Assembly: GCA_020137815.1 (NCBI GenBank)
Contig: CM035357.1
Location: 558,001-622,000 of the forward strand
Length of the DNA stretch: 64,000 nt
DNA from: Hormiphora californensis
Lineage: Eukaryota > Animalia > Ctenophora
Reading direction: 5' to 3'
Position 1 is the stretch's first letter; the number at the start of each line of letters is the position of its first letter. The translations under genes were made by a program, and so were the position numbers. Of the stretch, positions 60,601 through 64,000 are shown piece after piece. Under the pieces are notes generated by a model. That model did not search any database and was not told the DNA's origin. It saw only the letters and a program-made list of their open reading frames with translations.

Positions 60601-62810
60601 GATAAAGAGATAAGAGGTGATACAAGGGGGGGGGGACAAACCCTGAGAGGGATAATAGAGGTGATACAAGGGGGACAGACCCTGATAAAGGGATAAGAGG
60701 TGATACAAGGGGGACAGACCCTGGTAAAGGGATAAGAGGTGATACAAGGGGGACAGACCCTGATAAAGGGATAAGAGGTGATACAAGGGGGACAGACCCT
60801 GGGAGGGATAAGAGGTGATACAAGGGGGACAGACCCTGATAAAGGGATAAGAGGTGATACAAGGGGGACAGACCCTGATAAAGGGATAATAGAGGTGATA
60901 CAAGGGGGACAGACCCTGATAAAGGGATAAGAGGTGATACAAGGGGGACAGACCCTGATAAAGGGATAAGAGGTGATACAAGGGGGACAGACCCTGATAA
61001 AGGGATAAGAGGTGATACAAGGGGGACAGACCCTGATAAGAGGGGATAAGAGGTGGTACAAGGCCCAAGGGGGACAAACCCTGATAAAGGGATAAGAGGT
61101 TATACAAGGGGGACAGATCCTGGAAGGGATAAGAGGTGATACAAGGGGGACAGACCCTGGTAAAGGGATAATAGGTGATACAAGGGGGACAGACCCTGAT
61201 AAAGGAATAATAGAGGTGATACGAGGGGGACAGACCCTGGAAGGGATAAGAGGTGATACAAGGGGGACAGACCCTGGTAAAGGGATAATAGGTGATACAA
61301 GGGGGACAGACCCTGATAAAGGGATAAGAGGTGATACAAGGGAGACAGACCCTGATAAAGGGATAAGAGGTGATACAAGGGAGACAGACCCTGATAAAGG
61401 GATAAGAGGTGATACAAGGGGGACAGACCCTGGAAGGGATAAGAGGTGATACAAGGGGGGACAGACCCTGGAAGGGATAAGAGGTGATACAAAGGGGACA
61501 GACCCTGGTAAAGGGATAAGAGGTGATACAAGGGGGGACAGACCTGATAAAGGGATAAGAGAGGTGATACAAGGTGGACAGACCCTGGTAAAGGGATAAG
61601 AGGTGATACAAGGGGGACAGACCCTGATAAAGGAATAAGAGGTGATACAAGGGGGACAGACCCTGATAAAGGGATAAGAGGTGATACAAGGGGGGACAGA
61701 CCCTGATAAAGGGATAAGAGGTGATACAAGGGGGACAGACCCTGATAAAGGGATAAGAGGTGATACAAGGGGGACAGACCCTGATAAAGGGATAAGAGGT
61801 GATACAAGGGGGACAGACCCTGATAAAGGGATAAGAGGTGATACAAGGGGGACAGAACCTGATAAAGGGATAAGAGGTGATACAAGGGGGACAGTCCCTG
61901 ATAAAGGGATAAGAGGTGATACAAGGGGGACAGGCCCTGATAAAGGGATAAGAGGTGATACAAGGGGGACAGACCCTGATAAAGGGATAAGAGGTGATAC
62001 AAGGGGGACAGACCCTGATAAAGGGATAAGAGATGATACAAGGGGGACAGACCCTGGAAGGGATAAGAGAGGTGATACAAGGGGGACAGACCCTGATAAA
62101 GGGATAAGAGGTGATACAAGGGGGACAGACCCTGATAAAGGGATAAGAGGTGATACAAGGGGGACAGACCCTGATAAAGGGATAAGAGGTGATACGAGGG
62201 GGACAGACCCTGATAAAGGGATGAGAGGTGATACGAGGGGGACAGACCCTGGTAAAGGGATAAGAGGTGATACAAGGGGGACAGACCCTGGAAGGGATAA
62301 GAGGTGATACAAGGGGGACAGACCCTGATAAAGGTATAAGAGGTGATACAAGGGGGACAGACCCTGATAAAGGGATAAGAGGTGATACAAGGGGGACAGA
62401 CCCTGATAAAGGGATAAGAGGTGATACAAGGGGGACAGACCCTGATAAAGGGATAATAGAGGTGATACAAGGGGGGACAGACCCTGATAAAGGGATAAGA
62501 GGTGATACAAGGGGGACAGACCCTGATAAAGGGATAAGAGGTGATACAAGGGGGACAGACCCTGATAAAGGGATAATAGAGGTGATACAAGGGGGACAGA
62601 CCCTGGAAGGGATAAGAGGTGATACGAGGGGGACAGACCCTGATAAAGGGATGATAGAGGTGATACAAGGGGGACAGACCCTGATAAAGGGATAAGAGGT
62701 GATACAAGGGGGACAGACCCTGATAAAGGGATAAGAGGTGATACAAGGGGGACAGACCCTGATAAAGGGATAAGAGGTGATACAAGGGGGACAGATCCTG
62801 GAAGGATATG
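57667..62810 (-). repeat. 39-bp satellite (~130 copies) derived from the CERK-like exon acceptor
   Basis: The minus-strand unit cttatccctttatcag|ggtctgtcccccttgtatcacct mirrors the real junction atatcctcccag|ggtctctccccc at 57664. Confidence 0.92.
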
Positions 62811-64000
62811 ATGTGAGGTGATCTGAAATCGGAATGGGAATTAGAACTATGTTTAAATCCTGTGAATCAAGGTCATAGTCGTGTTGTTATTGGTTCTCTG
62901 CCCGACTCCAAAAATCACAACCTTCACTGCGCTGGCAAGCAAAAAGGTGGCCCCTTCCCCTAAACTTCCCCAAAGCATTATACACAAGTTACAGCATGTA
63001 CAGGGTGTTCATGTGGATTTTGGGGGGATTTTTTGTGCTGTTACAATACTAGGGATTTTGAGCTTCACCCAGAAAAAAGTTCAGCGGGGGGAACTCAGGT
63101 TCTTCGTGCCAGCTGAGTTCTTCGAGCTCAGTCCCGTTGCCGTGGACCTGGTTGGCTGATGGTCCAGTGATTACGGTCAAATCACACCGGCTCTCTCCCC
63201 AATCTTGGGGAGTAAACTTTGCCAGAGACCTTGCCGAACTCAACTATGGCACCGAGCTCTAGCAGTGCGGCTGGTCCCTGCTGGGATTTGGTTCGGCGGT
63301 CGATTGATGAGCGGTTGGTTGACGATTGATATCAGTCGTTGATCGATCGTTTGTCGGTCGGTCGTCGGGCTGAGTCTTAGTGAGGATCCCGGTTGAACTG
63401 ATAATCTCACCCCAGCCAGTAACCTTGTTACACATGGCAACCCATGATTTGTAATCACCGAGGGCCTCTGCCTACTAGGCATGCCTGATGACCCTTCGGC
63501 TGTCTCCCATTTAATTATGGGGGGTAAATTCTACGCCAGAGAACTAGCCTCCCTCAATTATGGCAACCCATGATTTGTAATCACCCGGCAGCTGTAGCCT
63601 TTAAAACAGCCCTCCTGTCCAACATCCCATATTGGTCGGACGGAGGTTACCTTCTCTCACAAAAATAGGGGTTATTCCCCTGGGGAACCTCTGCCCAAAT
63701 TTTTGCCACATACTACCTTTGCAATATATCTAGAACAATCCTCCTCACTAACAAACAGATCAAGCAACACACTTGATTTGGTAATATTCTCCAAACTAGT
63801 ATACAGAAGTAACCTATTCGAATAAACCATCCCCAACCATCCCGATCTGAAAGAAGTAGCAAACCACAGGGCAAGAATCGCTACGGCCGGGGAATTCCAA
63901 CAAAACCACATCATAAGGGACCCACGATTAAGGTAGGGCAGGTCTGGGCCATAACAAAGGGCCACCTCCGCCGTATGGCAAGTAATTACCCCGCAATAGT

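Noticed and set aside
57527-62785. Very long ORFs (up to 1152 aa)
   Set aside because: By-products of a stop-poor 39-bp satellite; only 57664-57548 is a supported exon.
56112-62810. CRISPR-like regular repeats
   Set aside because: No unique spacers and no cas genes; these are eukaryotic tandem satellites.

Overview
Intron-rich animal genomic DNA, most likely a ctenophore of the Pleurobrachia type; this is inferred from nested intronic genes, recalled repeat families and a recalled spliced-leader sequence, and is not verified. The + strand carries a tight co-directional cluster: TOP2 (76-22882, with a duplicated 7-exon block), a 5x RanBP2 zinc-finger gene, SNRPD2 and GINS1/PSF1. Antisense genes are nested in introns: a Pro-rich protein with a degenerate homeodomain, a rhodopsin-type GPCR and a small secreted peptide precursor. 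The - strand carries two tandem DENN+WD40 (DENND3-like) copies and the 3' exons of a ceramide-kinase-like gene. Mobile DNA is dense and nested: CR1/L2-type LINEs, ORF1-only retro-inserts, a Helitron, and Mutator-, Harbinger-, mariner- and Kolobok-like MITEs. Three unusual signals stand out. (1) Two different retro-inserts begin with the same 43-44 nt sequence resembling the ctenophore spliced leader, which suggests retrotransposition of SL trans-spliced RNA. (2) Splice junctions are repeatedly amplified into tandem arrays, up to a ~5.1 kb satellite made of ~130 copies of one 3' splice site. (3) The full LINE has a canonical -1 frameshift heptamer linking ORF1 to an ATG-less ORF2. Several single-base frameshifts and a garbled segment (~16.3-17.0 kb) point to assembly errors.
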